DNA of 53,308 bases from Ferruginibacter sp. (GTDB lineage: Bacteria > Bacteroidota > Bacteroidia > Chitinophagales > Chitinophagaceae). This document shows positions 29,520-40,465 of this stretch, in pieces. The DNA lies in assembly GCA_014377385.1 (NCBI GenBank), contig JACMPR010000160.1, positions 1 to 53,308 on the forward strand, given 5' to 3'. The first letter of the stretch is position 1; every line of letters starts with the position of its first letter. Under the pieces are notes generated by a model, which was not told the DNA's origin, searched no databases, and saw only the letters and a list, made by a program, of their open reading frames with translations. The position numbers were made by a program, and so were the translations under genes.

Positions 29520-30873
29520 ACTGATGAATAAAAAAATAATGATAGCCATGCTGCTGTTTACTAACAGCTATGCCTATTCGCAGTTAGCGGTGCCGCCTCC
29601 ACCGCAAAAAGTAAATGAATTTAGCCTGGCGCAGGCATTGGAATATGGTAAACTGCACAATGTGCAGGTCCAAAATGCCTTGATAGATATTAAGATTCAG
29701 GAGCAGGTAAACAGGGATATTACATCGATTGCCTTGCCACAAATAAATGGGAACGGCGCATTGACTGACTACCTGAATATTCCCACTACTTTATTGCCGG
29801 GAGAAATTGTCGGCCAGCCATCAGGCACATTTGTACCCGTAAAATTTGGAACGAAGTGGACTTCAAATGCAGGTGTTTCTTTAAGCCAGCTGGTATTCGA
29901 CGGGCAGGTGTTTATTGCCTTAAAAGCAAGAAACGGCACCATACAACTGGCAAAAAAAGTGGAAGAGATTACGGAAGAAAATATCCGTGCAAATGTTTAC
30001 AAAATATATTACCAGCTGGTGCTGAGTAAAACGCAGATGCAGTTGCTGGATGCAAACCTGGAAAGGCTGCAAAAATTACTACATGATTTCCAGATAATGT
30101 ATGATAATGGCTTTATTGAAAAACTGGATATTGATAAGGTTACCGTGCAAATCGCCAACCTCCAGTCAGAAAAGATTGCTGTTAATAATATGATCCGGAA
30201 TGGTTTCACTGGTTTGAAAACATTGATAGGTTTTCCCGTTAGGGACAGCCTGCTCCTGACAGATTCATTGAGTGATGACCAGGTGAAAGAAAACGTACTC
30301 GAAATAAACCAGTTCAATTACAGCGAACGAAGGGATTACCAGGTAATGGAACTTACCAATAAACTAAATGCATTGAACGTAAGAAGGTATAAACTTAGCC
30401 AGTTGCCTACACTTTCATTGGTAGGCAATTATAGCAAACAGGCTCAGCGAAATCAATTTGATTTCTTTGGGAAAGGAAGTTGGTTCACCACATCTTTTAT
30501 AGGATTGCAATTGAACGTTCCCATTTTCCACGGGTTTTCACTGAGTTCAAAAACCCAGAAGGCCCGGTTGGAATTGAGACAGAGTCAGAATATCCAGGAA
30601 AATCTGAAGAACAGCATCGACGGGGAAATACAAAACGCCCGAAATAATTTTGCCACAACTGTTACGTCGATGGATTTTCAGAAAAAAAATATGGTGCTGG
30701 CAGAGAAAGTGTATGACCAGACAAAGAAAAAATACGAGATCGGAACAGGTTCCACAACAGAGATCAACACAGCGCAGGTTGACCTGAAGGCAGCCCAAAC
30801 AAATTATATCAATGCGCTGTACGACGCCATTATAGCAAAAGTAGATTTCTTAAAAGCAACCGGAAAATTATAA
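29506..30873 (+). CDS. TolC family outer membrane efflux protein
   Basis: Signal peptide, two OEP repeats (LPQIN..., LPTLSL..., LNVPIF.G, KKKYEIG.GS); alternative start 29524. Confidence 0.92.
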   Translation: MQRNRLMNKKIMIAMLLFTNSYAYSQLAVPPPPQKVNEFSLAQALEYGKLHNVQVQNALIDIKIQEQVNRDITSIALPQINGNGALTDYLNIPTTLLPGEIVGQPSGTFVPVKFGTKWTSNAGVSLSQLVFDGQVFIALKARNGTIQLAKKVEEITEENIRANVYKIYYQLVLSKTQMQLLDANLERLQKLLHDFQIMYDNGFIEKLDIDKVTVQIANLQSEKIAVNNMIRNGFTGLKTLIGFPVRDSLLLTDSLSDDQVKENVLEINQFNYSERRDYQVMELTNKLNALNVRRYKLSQLPTLSLVGNYSKQAQRNQFDFFGKGSWFTTSFIGLQLNVPIFHGFSLSSKTQKARLELRQSQNIQENLKNSIDGEIQNARNNFATTVTSMDFQKKNMVLAEKVYDQTKKKYEIGTGSTTEINTAQVDLKAAQTNYINALYDAIIAKVDFLKATGKL

Positions 30874-30896
30874 TATCGAACTAACAAACAAATAAA

Positions 30897-32108
30897 ATGA
30901 AAAAAATAACCAAGTTACTTATTGTGATAGCTTTAATAGCTTTCATAACGTCGTGCGGCGACGGCAGCAAAGATGGCAATGCTGTTATCAACAATAAAAA
31001 AGCGGCATTGGAAAAATTAAAGGCTACTAAAACAAAAACAGACGAGGGAATAGCAAAACTCCAGGAAGAGTTGAGTAAACTGGATTCGAATGCAGATAAT
31101 TCAAAAATAAAACTTGTTGGAATTGCCGCAGTGGGTGTACAGGATTTTAAACATTACATTGACCTCCAGGGAAGGGTAGACGCTGAAAATATTTCTTATA
31201 TTTCTCCACGCGGGATGGGTGGACAGGTGAAAGCAATATTTGTAAAACAGGGCCAGCGGGTTAGCAAGGGCCAGCTTTTATTAAAATTAGATGATGCCAT
31301 CATGCGCCAATCAGTTGTAGCAGCACGTCAACAACTGCAGGGAATAAAAACACAGCTAAACCTGGCGAAAGACCTGTACAACCGGCAGAAAAATTTATGG
31401 GACCAGGGTATTGGTACGCAGGTGCAGTTACTTACCGCTAAAACAAATGTAGAAGGACTGGAAAATCAATTAAGTAGTGCAGGTGAACAAGTAAAGGTTT
31501 CTGTAGAACAGCAAAATACGTCTAACGTTTACAGTGATGTTAGCGGTATAGCTGATATCGTGAACATAAAAGTAGGGGAAACATTTTCCGGTATGACTGC
31601 GACTGGTCCTCAAATTAAAATAGTAAACAACAGTAGCCTTAAAGTGGTAACCAATGTTCCTGAAAATTATATAAGCCGTTTGAAAAAAGGAACACCTGTT
31701 GTGATCAGTATCCCCGATGTAAATAAAACGATTAATGCGGCCATCACGCTGATCAGTCAGTCGGTTGACCTCACCTCGAGGGGTTTTATTGCAGAGGTAA
31801 AGATTCCGGCGGATCCCGCTTTAAAACCCAATCAGTCTGCGGTAGTCAAAATTCTTGATTACTCCGCTCCTGCGGCCGTTGTAATACCGGTGAACACCGT
31901 TCAAAGTGATGAAAAAAATAAGTATGTATATGTGTTGGAAAAAAACAGCAAGGGCAAGCCAATTGCAAAGAAAAAGATCATCAATATCGGTGATGTATAT
32001 GGTGAACTGGTAGAAATTAAAAGCGGTCTTGCGGCAGGTGAACAACTGATCACCGAAGGTTACCAGAATTTATACGAAGGGCAATTGGTAGGAACAGATG
32101 TGAAATAA
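30897..32108 (+). CDS. RND efflux periplasmic adaptor (lipoprotein)
   Basis: Lipobox ITSC; GGQV..IFVKQGQRVSKGQLL lipoyl motif; VEIKSGL.AGEQLITEG. Confidence 0.93.
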   Translation: MKKITKLLIVIALIAFITSCGDGSKDGNAVINNKKAALEKLKATKTKTDEGIAKLQEELSKLDSNADNSKIKLVGIAAVGVQDFKHYIDLQGRVDAENISYISPRGMGGQVKAIFVKQGQRVSKGQLLLKLDDAIMRQSVVAARQQLQGIKTQLNLAKDLYNRQKNLWDQGIGTQVQLLTAKTNVEGLENQLSSAGEQVKVSVEQQNTSNVYSDVSGIADIVNIKVGETFSGMTATGPQIKIVNNSSLKVVTNVPENYISRLKKGTPVVISIPDVNKTINAAITLISQSVDLTSRGFIAEVKIPADPALKPNQSAVVKILDYSAPAAVVIPVNTVQSDEKNKYVYVLEKNSKGKPIAKKKIINIGDVYGELVEIKSGLAAGEQLITEGYQNLYEGQLVGTDVK

Positions 32109-32216
32109 TAAGGCTGCCTGCTCCATGTTGGCTGGCTGCATAATGCTGAAAAAGTAAAAGGGAGTGACACAACGATGGTGAGTATATAACTAACGGACGA
32201 TCTCAAAATAATATGT

Positions 32217-35200
32217 ATGAATTTCATAGAAGGAGTAAAAGATAAATTTAAGGAATTTGGACCAACGAGCTGGGCGGTTAACAGCCGTACGGCCATTTAC
32301 ATCATCGCAATATTAATATCTGCTTATGGTGTAATTAAGTTCAATACCATGCCCAAGGAACAGTTCCCGGATATCGTGGTGCCTACGATCAGCGTTACCA
32401 CTGTTTATGTGGGTAATTCTCCAAAAGATATTGAGAACCTCGTAACCAGGCCGATTGAAAAACAATTGAAAGGCATCAGTGGCGCCAAAGTCAAAAAGAT
32501 CACCAGCACTTCGCAGACTGATTATAGCCTTATCATTGTTGAATTTGATACCGATGTAAAAACAGAACTGGCCAAGCTCAAGGTAAAAGATGCAATAGAT
32601 AAAGCACAAACTGATTTGCCGAATGACCTTACTTCCCAACCCAATGCCCAGGAATTTGCTTTTAGTGAAATGCCCATCATGTTTGTGAACCTTAGTGGAG
32701 ATTTTGACGGTCCCAAGCTGAAGCAGTATGCCGACAGGATGCAGGATAAGATTGAAGAACTGTCTGAAATAACCCGGGCCGAAATTGTTGGTGCGCCGGA
32801 AAGAGAGATACAGGTAAACGTGGACCCGTATAAAATGCAGGCGGCCAGGATAAGTTTTATGGATATTGAAAATGCCATCAGCAGGGAAAATCATGATATT
32901 ACCGGAGGTTTGATAGAAGTGGGAGAAATGAAGCGAACATTAAAAGTGAAGGGCCAGTTTGCCAGTGCATTGGATTTGCAGAACATCATTGTAAAAAGCA
33001 GTTCTCAGGGCGCCACGCTTTATTTGAAAGATATAGCCGAACTAAAAGATACCATAAAAGACAAAGACAGTTATGCCCGTTTGGATGGGAAAAATGTTGT
33101 TACACTCAACATTGTAAAACGTGCCGGCGAAAACCTGATCAGTGCTGCAGGTAAGGTTAAAGACATCGTTGAAAAGATGAAGAAGGGGGGAGAGTTGCCC
33201 AACGATCTTAAAGTAGTGATCACCGGTGACCAGAGTAAAGCTACCGCTACTTCTTTTAACGACCTTGTAAATACCATTATAATTGGTTTCGTTTTGGTGT
33301 TGTTGGTACTCATGTTTTTTATGGGTGTTACGAATGCATTCTTTGTAGCCCTGAGTGTGCCCCTAAGCGTGTTCGTTGCCTTCCTCTTTTTACCCATAGC
33401 AGATGCCATTGTTGGTACACCGGTAACCCTTAATTTTATTGTTTTGTTTGCGTTGTTATTTGGGTTGGGTATTATCGTGGATGATGCCATTGTAGTGATA
33501 GAAAATACGCACCGTATCTATAACAACGGAAAGATACCAATCGTGAGAAGTGCCAAAGAAGCGGCCGGGGAAGTATTCATCCCGGTATTGGCCGGAACTG
33601 CAACCACGCTGGCGCCCTTCTTTCCGCTCTTATTCTGGAAAGGCATCATTGGTAAATTTATGATCTACCTCCCCACGATGCTGATACTAACGCTGGCCGC
33701 ATCGCTGATCGTGGCATTTATTTTCAATCCCGTTTTTGCAGTTAGCTTCATGAAACCGGAAGGAAAGGAATTTGAAGAACCTAAAGCCGGCTTATTTAAA
33801 AAATGGTGGTTCTGGGCTGCCATCATCGCTGCCGTTATACTCCATCTTTTTGGCTCGCACGGGTTTGCTAATTTCCTATTGTTTATGATGTTACTGGCTG
33901 TGTTAAACCGGTACCTGTTCAGGGGAATTATCCATAGTTTTCAAAACAGGATATTACCAGGTTTGATGAAACGTTATGAAACATTATTGCGCTGGGTATT
34001 AAAGGGAACGAGGCCGGCATGGGCGCTTGTCATGCTGTTTGTGTTGTTTCCAATATCCGTTGTGTTGTTAATGGCAAGAGGAAATAAGAGTACCTTCTTT
34101 CCAAGCGGTGATCCTAATTTTATTTATGTGTACCTCAAACTGCCGCCTGGTACAGATATCAAACGTACGGATAGCATCACATCAATTTTGGAGAAAAGGG
34201 TGTATAAAGTATTGGAAGCAGAAAAGCCAGGCACGGAAGGCAGTATAGTAGAAAGTATCATTACCAACGTAGCCAACAGTGCCAATAATCCAAGAGACAA
34301 CAACCGGAGTGTGCAGCCTAATTTAGGCCGCATCCAGGTTTCATTTGTAGAATATGAGAAGCGCCATGGAAAAGCTACCAGGCCATTCATGGATTCGATC
34401 AGGACTAAAATGGGCGGTATTCCGGGTGCCAGCATCGAAGTGGCACAGGAAGATGGGGGGCCACCAACGGATCCGCCGGTGAACATAGAAATTGCCGGAG
34501 ATAATTTTGAGGAGATAGCCAAAGTTGCGGGTAACCTTTCCAGTTACCTGGATACAAACCAGATCTACGGTATTGAAAACCTGCACATGGATGTTGACCT
34601 CAACAGCCCGGAAATAACGGTGAATGTTGACCGGGAAAAGGCGATGATGGAGGGACTGAGTACTGGCCAGATCGGATCAGAGATACGCACTGCTGTTTTT
34701 GGAAAGGAAGTAAGTAAGTTAAAAGATGGTGAGGATGAGTATAAGATACAGTTGCGTTACACAGACTTGCTCCGCAATAATATCACAGACCTGATAAACA
34801 TGCGCATCACATTTATGGATATGAATACCATGCGTATAAAATCTGTGCCCATTAGTGCGGTTGCAAGCGTGGACTACACCAATACGTCTGGCGCTATCGC
34901 CCGTAAAAATGTGAAGCGCACCATTCAACTGCAGTCCAATGTTCTTGATCCAACTATGGCAGGAGAAGTAAATAAACAGCTTGGGCTCAGGATAGCCGAT
35001 TTCAAGACAAAAAGCCGGATACCGGTTGATGTTACGATAAAACAATCGGGGCAGGGCGAGCAGGAACAGGAAAATATTGTATTCCTCGGAACGGCGCTTG
35101 CGATTGCGCTCGGATTGATATTCCTGATACTGGTACTGCAGTTCAATTCATTGAGCAAAGCTGTGATCGTTCTTACAGAGATATTCTTTTCAATTATTGG

Positions 35201-35777
35201 AGTATTGCTGGGGTATGCATTCACCGGGATGACCATTGCAACCATCATGTTGGGCGTGGGTATTATAGGACTGGCAGGTATCGTAATTAAGAATGGTATT
35301 TTATTGATCGAATTTACGGATGAGTTACGGGGCAGGGGATTGAAAACAAGGGAAGCCGCCATACAGGCGGGTAAAATCCGTATCATACCGGTAATGCTTA
35401 CTGCCATTGCAACGATGCTTGGATTGTTGCCGCTCGCAGTAGGATTCAATATTAATTTCGTTTCTATGTTCCAGCACTTTAACCCGCATATTTTCTTTGG
35501 TGGTGATAGTGTTGTTTTCTGGGGACCGTTGAGCTGGACCATCATCTTCGGGTTGATCTTTGCATTTTTTCTTACCCTGATCATGGTACCGAGTATGTAT
35601 ATTATTTCTGAAAGGTTGAGAAGGCCTATGCTGAAATTTTATGGTACAAAATATATTGCAGTTTTTGCGATCTTCCTTGGCCCGTTCTTTTTCATTTTTG
35701 TTGGGCTGATGTATCTGGGTCGGAGAATACAGGGCAAAAAAGTATGGAATGGCAAATTAAAAGACGGGAAGCGTTAA
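32217..35777 (+). CDS. RND efflux permease (AcrB/AcrD/AcrF family)
   Basis: 1186 aa with EQFPDI..P, G.SP.DIE.LVTRPIE, GIIVDDAIVVIEN, GIVIKNGILL and RIIPVMLTA. Confidence 0.95.
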   Translation: MNFIEGVKDKFKEFGPTSWAVNSRTAIYIIAILISAYGVIKFNTMPKEQFPDIVVPTISVTTVYVGNSPKDIENLVTRPIEKQLKGISGAKVKKITSTSQTDYSLIIVEFDTDVKTELAKLKVKDAIDKAQTDLPNDLTSQPNAQEFAFSEMPIMFVNLSGDFDGPKLKQYADRMQDKIEELSEITRAEIVGAPEREIQVNVDPYKMQAARISFMDIENAISRENHDITGGLIEVGEMKRTLKVKGQFASALDLQNIIVKSSSQGATLYLKDIAELKDTIKDKDSYARLDGKNVVTLNIVKRAGENLISAAGKVKDIVEKMKKGGELPNDLKVVITGDQSKATATSFNDLVNTIIIGFVLVLLVLMFFMGVTNAFFVALSVPLSVFVAFLFLPIADAIVGTPVTLNFIVLFALLFGLGIIVDDAIVVIENTHRIYNNGKIPIVRSAKEAAGEVFIPVLAGTATTLAPFFPLLFWKGIIGKFMIYLPTMLILTLAASLIVAFIFNPVFAVSFMKPEGKEFEEPKAGLFKKWWFWAAIIAAVILHLFGSHGFANFLLFMMLLAVLNRYLFRGIIHSFQNRILPGLMKRYETLLRWVLKGTRPAWALVMLFVLFPISVVLLMARGNKSTFFPSGDPNFIYVYLKLPPGTDIKRTDSITSILEKRVYKVLEAEKPGTEGSIVESIITNVANSANNPRDNNRSVQPNLGRIQVSFVEYEKRHGKATRPFMDSIRTKMGGIPGASIEVAQEDGGPPTDPPVNIEIAGDNFEEIAKVAGNLSSYLDTNQIYGIENLHMDVDLNSPEITVNVDREKAMMEGLSTGQIGSEIRTAVFGKEVSKLKDGEDEYKIQLRYTDLLRNNITDLINMRITFMDMNTMRIKSVPISAVASVDYTNTSGAIARKNVKRTIQLQSNVLDPTMAGEVNKQLGLRIADFKTKSRIPVDVTIKQSGQGEQEQENIVFLGTALAIALGLIFLILVLQFNSLSKAVIVLTEIFFSIIGVLLGYAFTGMTIATIMLGVGIIGLAGIVIKNGILLIEFTDELRGRGLKTREAAIQAGKIRIIPVMLTAIATMLGLLPLAVGFNINFVSMFQHFNPHIFFGGDSVVFWGPLSWTIIFGLIFAFFLTLIMVPSMYIISERLRRPMLKFYGTKYIAVFAIFLGPFFFIFVGLMYLGRRIQGKKVWNGKLKDGKR

Positions 35778-35858
35778 CTATCCCCGGAATTTTTTTTCAC
35801 CTTCAACGGTTCTTGTGGTAAAAAAATCATTTCTGCAATAACAGTATTAGTATTTTTT

Positions 35859-35903
35859 AAAAAGGTTCATTTTGCCCGACGGGAAGGTAAAATGAACCTT
35901 TTT
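35859..35903. terminator. Inverted repeat / probable terminator after efflux operon
   Basis: aaaaaggttcattttgcc...ggtaaaatgaaccttttt. Confidence 0.75.
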
Positions 35904-35927
35904 CATTTTACAATCGTTAATAACTTT

Positions 35928-36518
35928 ATGAAAAAAATCATCCCGCTGCTATTCATTGCTGCGTTGTCTCAGCCAGCAATCAGCCAAATCAACCCTTTGG
36001 ATAATTTTAATGCGCAAAAGAATAAAACAAGCAAAACAGGTTTTATTGTTTTAGGAAGCTGGGCAGCTGCAAATATGATTTATGGCGGCGTTGCCACATC
36101 CGGTGCCCAGGGTTCCAATAAATATTTTAACCAGATGAATATCATGTGGGGTGGCGTAAACCTTGGACTCGCTGTGATGGGGTACCTGGGTGCAAAAAGG
36201 GAAACAGGGCTAAGCTATGAGCGGACATTAAAAAAGCAGGTAAACCTGGAAAAGACATTCCTGTTCAATGCCGGGCTTGACCTTACTTACATCGCAAGTG
36301 GATTGTACCTGAAAGAAAGATCAAAGAATGTAACAAAGAATTCGGCCAAGTTCAAGGGTTATGGAGAATCGGTTATTTTCCAGGGAGCCGGCCTGTTACT
36401 TTTTGATGCCATCATGTACAGCCTGCACACTCGTCATGGAAAACAATTATACAAACTGGCAGAAAAAGTACAACTGACGGCAACGCCGGGCGGCATCGGA
36501 ATGTTGGTTAAATTATAG
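35928..36518 (+). CDS. Hypothetical membrane/secreted protein (DUF6992-like)
   Basis: Signal peptide MKKIIPLL; VLGSWA.AN, YF.QMN..WG.VN and FLFNAGLD..YI motifs. Confidence 0.75.
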   Translation: MKKIIPLLFIAALSQPAISQINPLDNFNAQKNKTSKTGFIVLGSWAAANMIYGGVATSGAQGSNKYFNQMNIMWGGVNLGLAVMGYLGAKRETGLSYERTLKKQVNLEKTFLFNAGLDLTYIASGLYLKERSKNVTKNSAKFKGYGESVIFQGAGLLLFDAIMYSLHTRHGKQLYKLAEKVQLTATPGGIGMLVKL

Positions 36519-36526
36519 GTTTTATA

Positions 36527-36557
36527 AATTGCCGTTGACAAAAAGTCAACGGCAATT
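36527..36557. terminator. Hairpin between convergent genes
   Basis: aattgccgttgac-aaaaa-gtcaacggcaatt, a perfect 13-bp stem. Confidence 0.8.
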
Positions 36558-36564
36558 AGTTACA

Positions 36565-39399
36565 TTACTTCCTGTTACCATCGCTGTCCAATTCTACTAT
36601 TTCATAACCCATCTTTTCCAGCCCGGGTAAAATTTTCGTTTTATCTCCAACCAGTAAGATATTCATCTTATCAACATGCAGCCATTTTTTTGCCAGGGTA
36701 TCTATTTCAGCCTTGGTTATATTTTTTAAGATTGCATTTTGTGTATTAACATAATTCGCGGGCAGGTTGTATTCAAGTATGCGGCCAATGAACCCCGCTT
36801 TTTGCCCGCCTGTTTCATACAACAATGCATCCCGTTGCCCCAGAGCGCTTTTCATAAAAGTTATTTCATCCGGCGTAATGCCTTTGTCTGCATAGTTTTT
36901 TATTTCTTTAATTACCTCCGCAAGGGCACTATCGGTGGCGTCTGCACGAATTCCTGAACTAAAGGTGTAAGTACCACTGAATTTATCGCCTGAAAAATTA
37001 GAACGGGCGCCGTAGGTCCAGCCTTTGTCTTCCCGCAGGTTGATATTAAGCCGGCTGTTGAAATTAGCCCCCAGCACATAGTTCATAAGGTCTGCACGGT
37101 AGTATTCCCCGGTCGCATCGTACAATAAACCTGTCACCATACCAACCCTGAATTCTGTTTGTGCAGCTTTGGGAACGTCAACAAGGTAAATAATGGTTTT
37201 ATCTACAACCGGAGCGGCCGGTACTTTTGAAAAATTAATTTTTTTATTCGGTAATTTATTTAAGAAAGTAAGCTTTGAAAGTACCTCCGCTTCTTTCACA
37301 TCTCCTACTACTACAATTTTGGCATTTTGCGATGTCATATAATTGTTATAATAATCCTGCACATCTTTCAGTGATAAATTCCTTATTGTATTTTCAGTAC
37401 CGTTATCACTAAGCCCGAGAATGCTGCTACCCGGATAATTGACTTTTTTATACACGATGCCGGCAATACTTGCAGGTTGTGATTTAATTTGTTTAAATCC
37501 CTCCAACGATTGTTTTTGTAACCTGGTAAATGCATTCTCCGTGAAATTTGGCAGAAGCATTTTTTCCTCCAGCAACTGTAACGTTTTATCCATATTCTTT
37601 TTCAGTGTTTGCACGGTAAACACAATGCCGTCAAAGTTGTTGTTGACAGAAACAGCGCTACCCAATTTCTGTAGTTCTACGGCCATCTGTTCTGCTGAGT
37701 AGTTTTTTGTATCCTCGTTCAACATGCCGGCAACCAGGCCAGCAAGTCCAATTTTAGCCGTATCAGCAGCCTGCGCAAGATGTCCGCCTGGTATAGTGAT
37801 GGAGATCGTGGCGATGGGTAATTCTTTATCCTCTGCCCCAATAATTTTAATTCCGTTCGGTAATGTTTTCTTCCAGAATGCAGGAACTTTTATAACGGGG
37901 TTTGCGCCCGGAGCAGGCATAATAACCCGGTTGAAATTATCGGAAGCTTTTACATATTTTAGGCCGTTGTATCCATAGTCAGGCCTTGTGTAAGCAGAAG
38001 AATCAATCTTAAAATTGTCTGGTAATGCCGCCATTCCGTTACCTGATTTTGTTAATACGCTGAGCGATACACTTCCTTTGTTTTTTATGAAAGTATTGTA
38101 CACCCGCAGCACATCTTCTTTTGTTACAGACCTGTAATTATCCAGTACGTTCGCTATCATATCCGGATTGCCGGTGAATGTCTGAAATGCGGCCAGTTGC
38201 GACACCTTTCCAGCCACACTTTGCAGCCCGTTGATGGTTTGTGCTTCGGTACTTCCTTTAAATTTTAAAATATCTTCTTCGGTAACGCCCCGCTTTTCAA
38301 ATGCCAGTAGTGCTTGCCTGTAAAGTGTATCCATTTCTCCCAGCGACTTGCCAGGTAACGGTGTCAGTTGCACGATGAATTCCCCGGTAAGTTCACTGAG
38401 ACGGCTGAATGAACTTGCCTGAAGGGCTTTCTGTGATTTTACAAGTTGCTGGTATAAGACAGAATTTTTTCCCTGTCCAATGATTTGTGCAAGACATGCC
38501 AGTGCGCCCATGTCTTTTTTATAATTGGGTACTGTGGGATAGGTTTTTATTAATTGCGGAATACGGGCAAAGTTATCTGTGTAGGAAACATAACGGTCAT
38601 TCGTAAGTGCTACCGGGGGTAAAATCGTTTTTGTAACTTCCGGTCCTCTTGGAATACTTCCAAAATATTTTTCAACCAGTTTTATTGCCTCAGCAGGTTT
38701 AAGATCGCCGCCAATAGTTACCGTTGCATTGTTCGGTCCATACCAGCGCAGGAAGAAATTTTTAAGATCCTGTACGTCAACGCGGTTGAGGTCTTCTACA
38801 TATCCAATCGTAAGCCAGCTGTACGGGTGGCCATAAGGGTAAAGATTTTTGCTGGTATATTCTCCGGAAAGGCCGTACGGGCGGTTGTCATAATTCTGTC
38901 CACGTTCGTTTTTTACGGTACTGCGTTGTACTTCAAATTTCTTTTGCGTAACGGCATCTAATAAAAATCCCATGCGGTCTGATTCCAGCCACAACATTTT
39001 TTCTAATTGGTTGCCAGGCACCGTTTCAAAATAATTGGTACGATCGAGGTTGGTACTGCCATTGAGTGTACCACCGGCTGCTGTTATGATCTTAAAATGC
39101 TGCTCATCGCCTACATGATCGCTTCCCTGGAACATCATGTGTTCAAAAAAATGAGCAAAGCCACTTTTACCAATCTCCTCTCTTGCACTGCCAACGTGGT
39201 AGGTTACATCTACGTGTACAATGGGATCACTGTGGTCCTCATGCAAAATAACGGTAAGGCCATTTGGCAATACATATTTCTCATAAGGGATGGTGATTTC
39301 GTCGCTCTTTTTCACAACTTTTTCAACAAGTTTAGCCTGGCCAAAAGTGTTGGTAAAGAGAAACAAGGTCAATGCCGGTATGATGTAAGATTTTTTCAT
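36565..39399 (-). CDS. M16 family zinc peptidase (pitrilysin/PqqL-like), secreted
   Basis: Signal peptide; YHVGS, SGFAHFFEHMMF.GS (HxxEH), NGST..DRTNYFE and SRL..NLREDKGWTYG. Confidence 0.94.
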   Translation of the reverse strand: MKKSYIIPALTLFLFTNTFGQAKLVEKVVKKSDEITIPYEKYVLPNGLTVILHEDHSDPIVHVDVTYHVGSAREEIGKSGFAHFFEHMMFQGSDHVGDEQHFKIITAAGGTLNGSTNLDRTNYFETVPGNQLEKMLWLESDRMGFLLDAVTQKKFEVQRSTVKNERGQNYDNRPYGLSGEYTSKNLYPYGHPYSWLTIGYVEDLNRVDVQDLKNFFLRWYGPNNATVTIGGDLKPAEAIKLVEKYFGSIPRGPEVTKTILPPVALTNDRYVSYTDNFARIPQLIKTYPTVPNYKKDMGALACLAQIIGQGKNSVLYQQLVKSQKALQASSFSRLSELTGEFIVQLTPLPGKSLGEMDTLYRQALLAFEKRGVTEEDILKFKGSTEAQTINGLQSVAGKVSQLAAFQTFTGNPDMIANVLDNYRSVTKEDVLRVYNTFIKNKGSVSLSVLTKSGNGMAALPDNFKIDSSAYTRPDYGYNGLKYVKASDNFNRVIMPAPGANPVIKVPAFWKKTLPNGIKIIGAEDKELPIATISITIPGGHLAQAADTAKIGLAGLVAGMLNEDTKNYSAEQMAVELQKLGSAVSVNNNFDGIVFTVQTLKKNMDKTLQLLEEKMLLPNFTENAFTRLQKQSLEGFKQIKSQPASIAGIVYKKVNYPGSSILGLSDNGTENTIRNLSLKDVQDYYNNYMTSQNAKIVVVGDVKEAEVLSKLTFLNKLPNKKINFSKVPAAPVVDKTIIYLVDVPKAAQTEFRVGMVTGLLYDATGEYYRADLMNYVLGANFNSRLNINLREDKGWTYGARSNFSGDKFSGTYTFSSGIRADATDSALAEVIKEIKNYADKGITPDEITFMKSALGQRDALLYETGGQKAGFIGRILEYNLPANYVNTQNAILKNITKAEIDTLAKKWLHVDKMNILLVGDKTKILPGLEKMGYEIVELDSDGNRK

Positions 39400-39515
39400 A
39401 AAGTTGTTTGAACCTCAAATAAACTAAAAATTCGCCGCTTTTGAGCTGCCTCCTGTCATTTATTCCGTTCTTGTTATTTCCCTTATTATTATTTTTATAA
39501 CAAAATGGAATTATT

Positions 39516-40307
39516 ATGAGAACAAATCACGAAATAGATTACAAAATTTACGGGGAAGAATTACAGTTTGTAGAAATTGAACTGGATCCACAGGAAACTG
39601 CCGTGGCGGAAAGCGGTGCATTTATGATGATGGATAACGGCATAGAAATGCAGACCATTTTTGGAGATGGCAGCCAGCAACAAACAGGCGGATTGCTGGG
39701 GAAGATCTTTAGCGCCGGTAAGCGGTTACTCGTGGGCGAAAGTTTGTTTATGACCGCTTTTACCAATACCGGGCAGGGGAAAAAAAGAGTAAGTTTTGCA
39801 GCACCTTATACCGGTAAGATCATTACGTTCGACCTGCAGCAGCTCGGCGGAAAGATCATTGCACAAAAGGATGCTTTTCTATGTGCGGCAAAAGGGGTAA
39901 GTATTGGTATTGAATTTCAGATGCGACTTGGTACTGGTATTTTTGGCGGCGAAGGCTTTATCATGGAAAAACTGGAGGGCGATGGGCTGGCATTTGCACA
40001 TGCGGGCGGATATGTAATAGAAAGAGATTTGCAACCCGGTGAAATTTTAAAAGTTGATACAGGCTGCGTCGTGGCCTACACCGCGGGCGTTGATTTTGAT
40101 ATAGAATTTATTCGTGGGGTTAAAAACTGGATGTTTGGAGGAGAAGGTTTGTTCCTGGCAAAATTACAGGGGCCGGGTAAAGTGTGGTTACAATCATTGC
40201 CTATTAGTCGCCTTGCCGGAAGAATCATGCAATATGGAGGCTCCAACAGGAAAGAGGAAGGAAGTTTACTTGGGGGACTGGGGAATTTGCTGGATGGAAG
40301 GGAATAG
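39516..40307 (+). CDS. TIGR00266 / AIM24 family protein
   Basis: [28 protein letters not shown] and FGGEGLF...[12 protein letters not shown]. Confidence 0.92.
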   Translation: MRTNHEIDYKIYGEELQFVEIELDPQETAVAESGAFMMMDNGIEMQTIFGDGSQQQTGGLLGKIFSAGKRLLVGESLFMTAFTNTGQGKKRVSFAAPYTGKIITFDLQQLGGKIIAQKDAFLCAAKGVSIGIEFQMRLGTGIFGGEGFIMEKLEGDGLAFAHAGGYVIERDLQPGEILKVDTGCVVAYTAGVDFDIEFIRGVKNWMFGGEGLFLAKLQGPGKVWLQSLPISRLAGRIMQYGGSNRKEEGSLLGGLGNLLDGRE

Positions 40308-40338
40308 TGGAATAACGTGTTGGGTTATTAATTTTTAA

Positions 40339-40358
40339 AGTATGCTTTAAAGCATACT
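40339..40358. repeat. Perfect 20-bp palindrome
   Basis: AGTATGCTTTAAAGCATACT is its own reverse complement. Confidence 0.8.
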
Positions 40359-40420
40359 CCGACAATCCATTGACAGGCTCGGGATGGCATTAAACTATTG
40401 GTGGGAGAATTGTAAAATGT

Positions 40421-40446
40421 AAAAAAGCCAGGCTATCAACCTGGCT
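40421..40446 (-). terminator. Intrinsic terminator of the YccA-like gene
   Basis: Minus strand reads agccagg-ttgatag-cctggctttttt. Confidence 0.75.
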
Positions 40447-40465
40447 CATCTTCTTTTAAATGGTT

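Noticed and set aside
34925-35584. 219-aa minus-strand ORF and other long antisense ORFs (18518-19060, 32313-32894, 48416-49003)
   Set aside because: They lie wholly or almost wholly antisense to well-supported genes and show no motifs.
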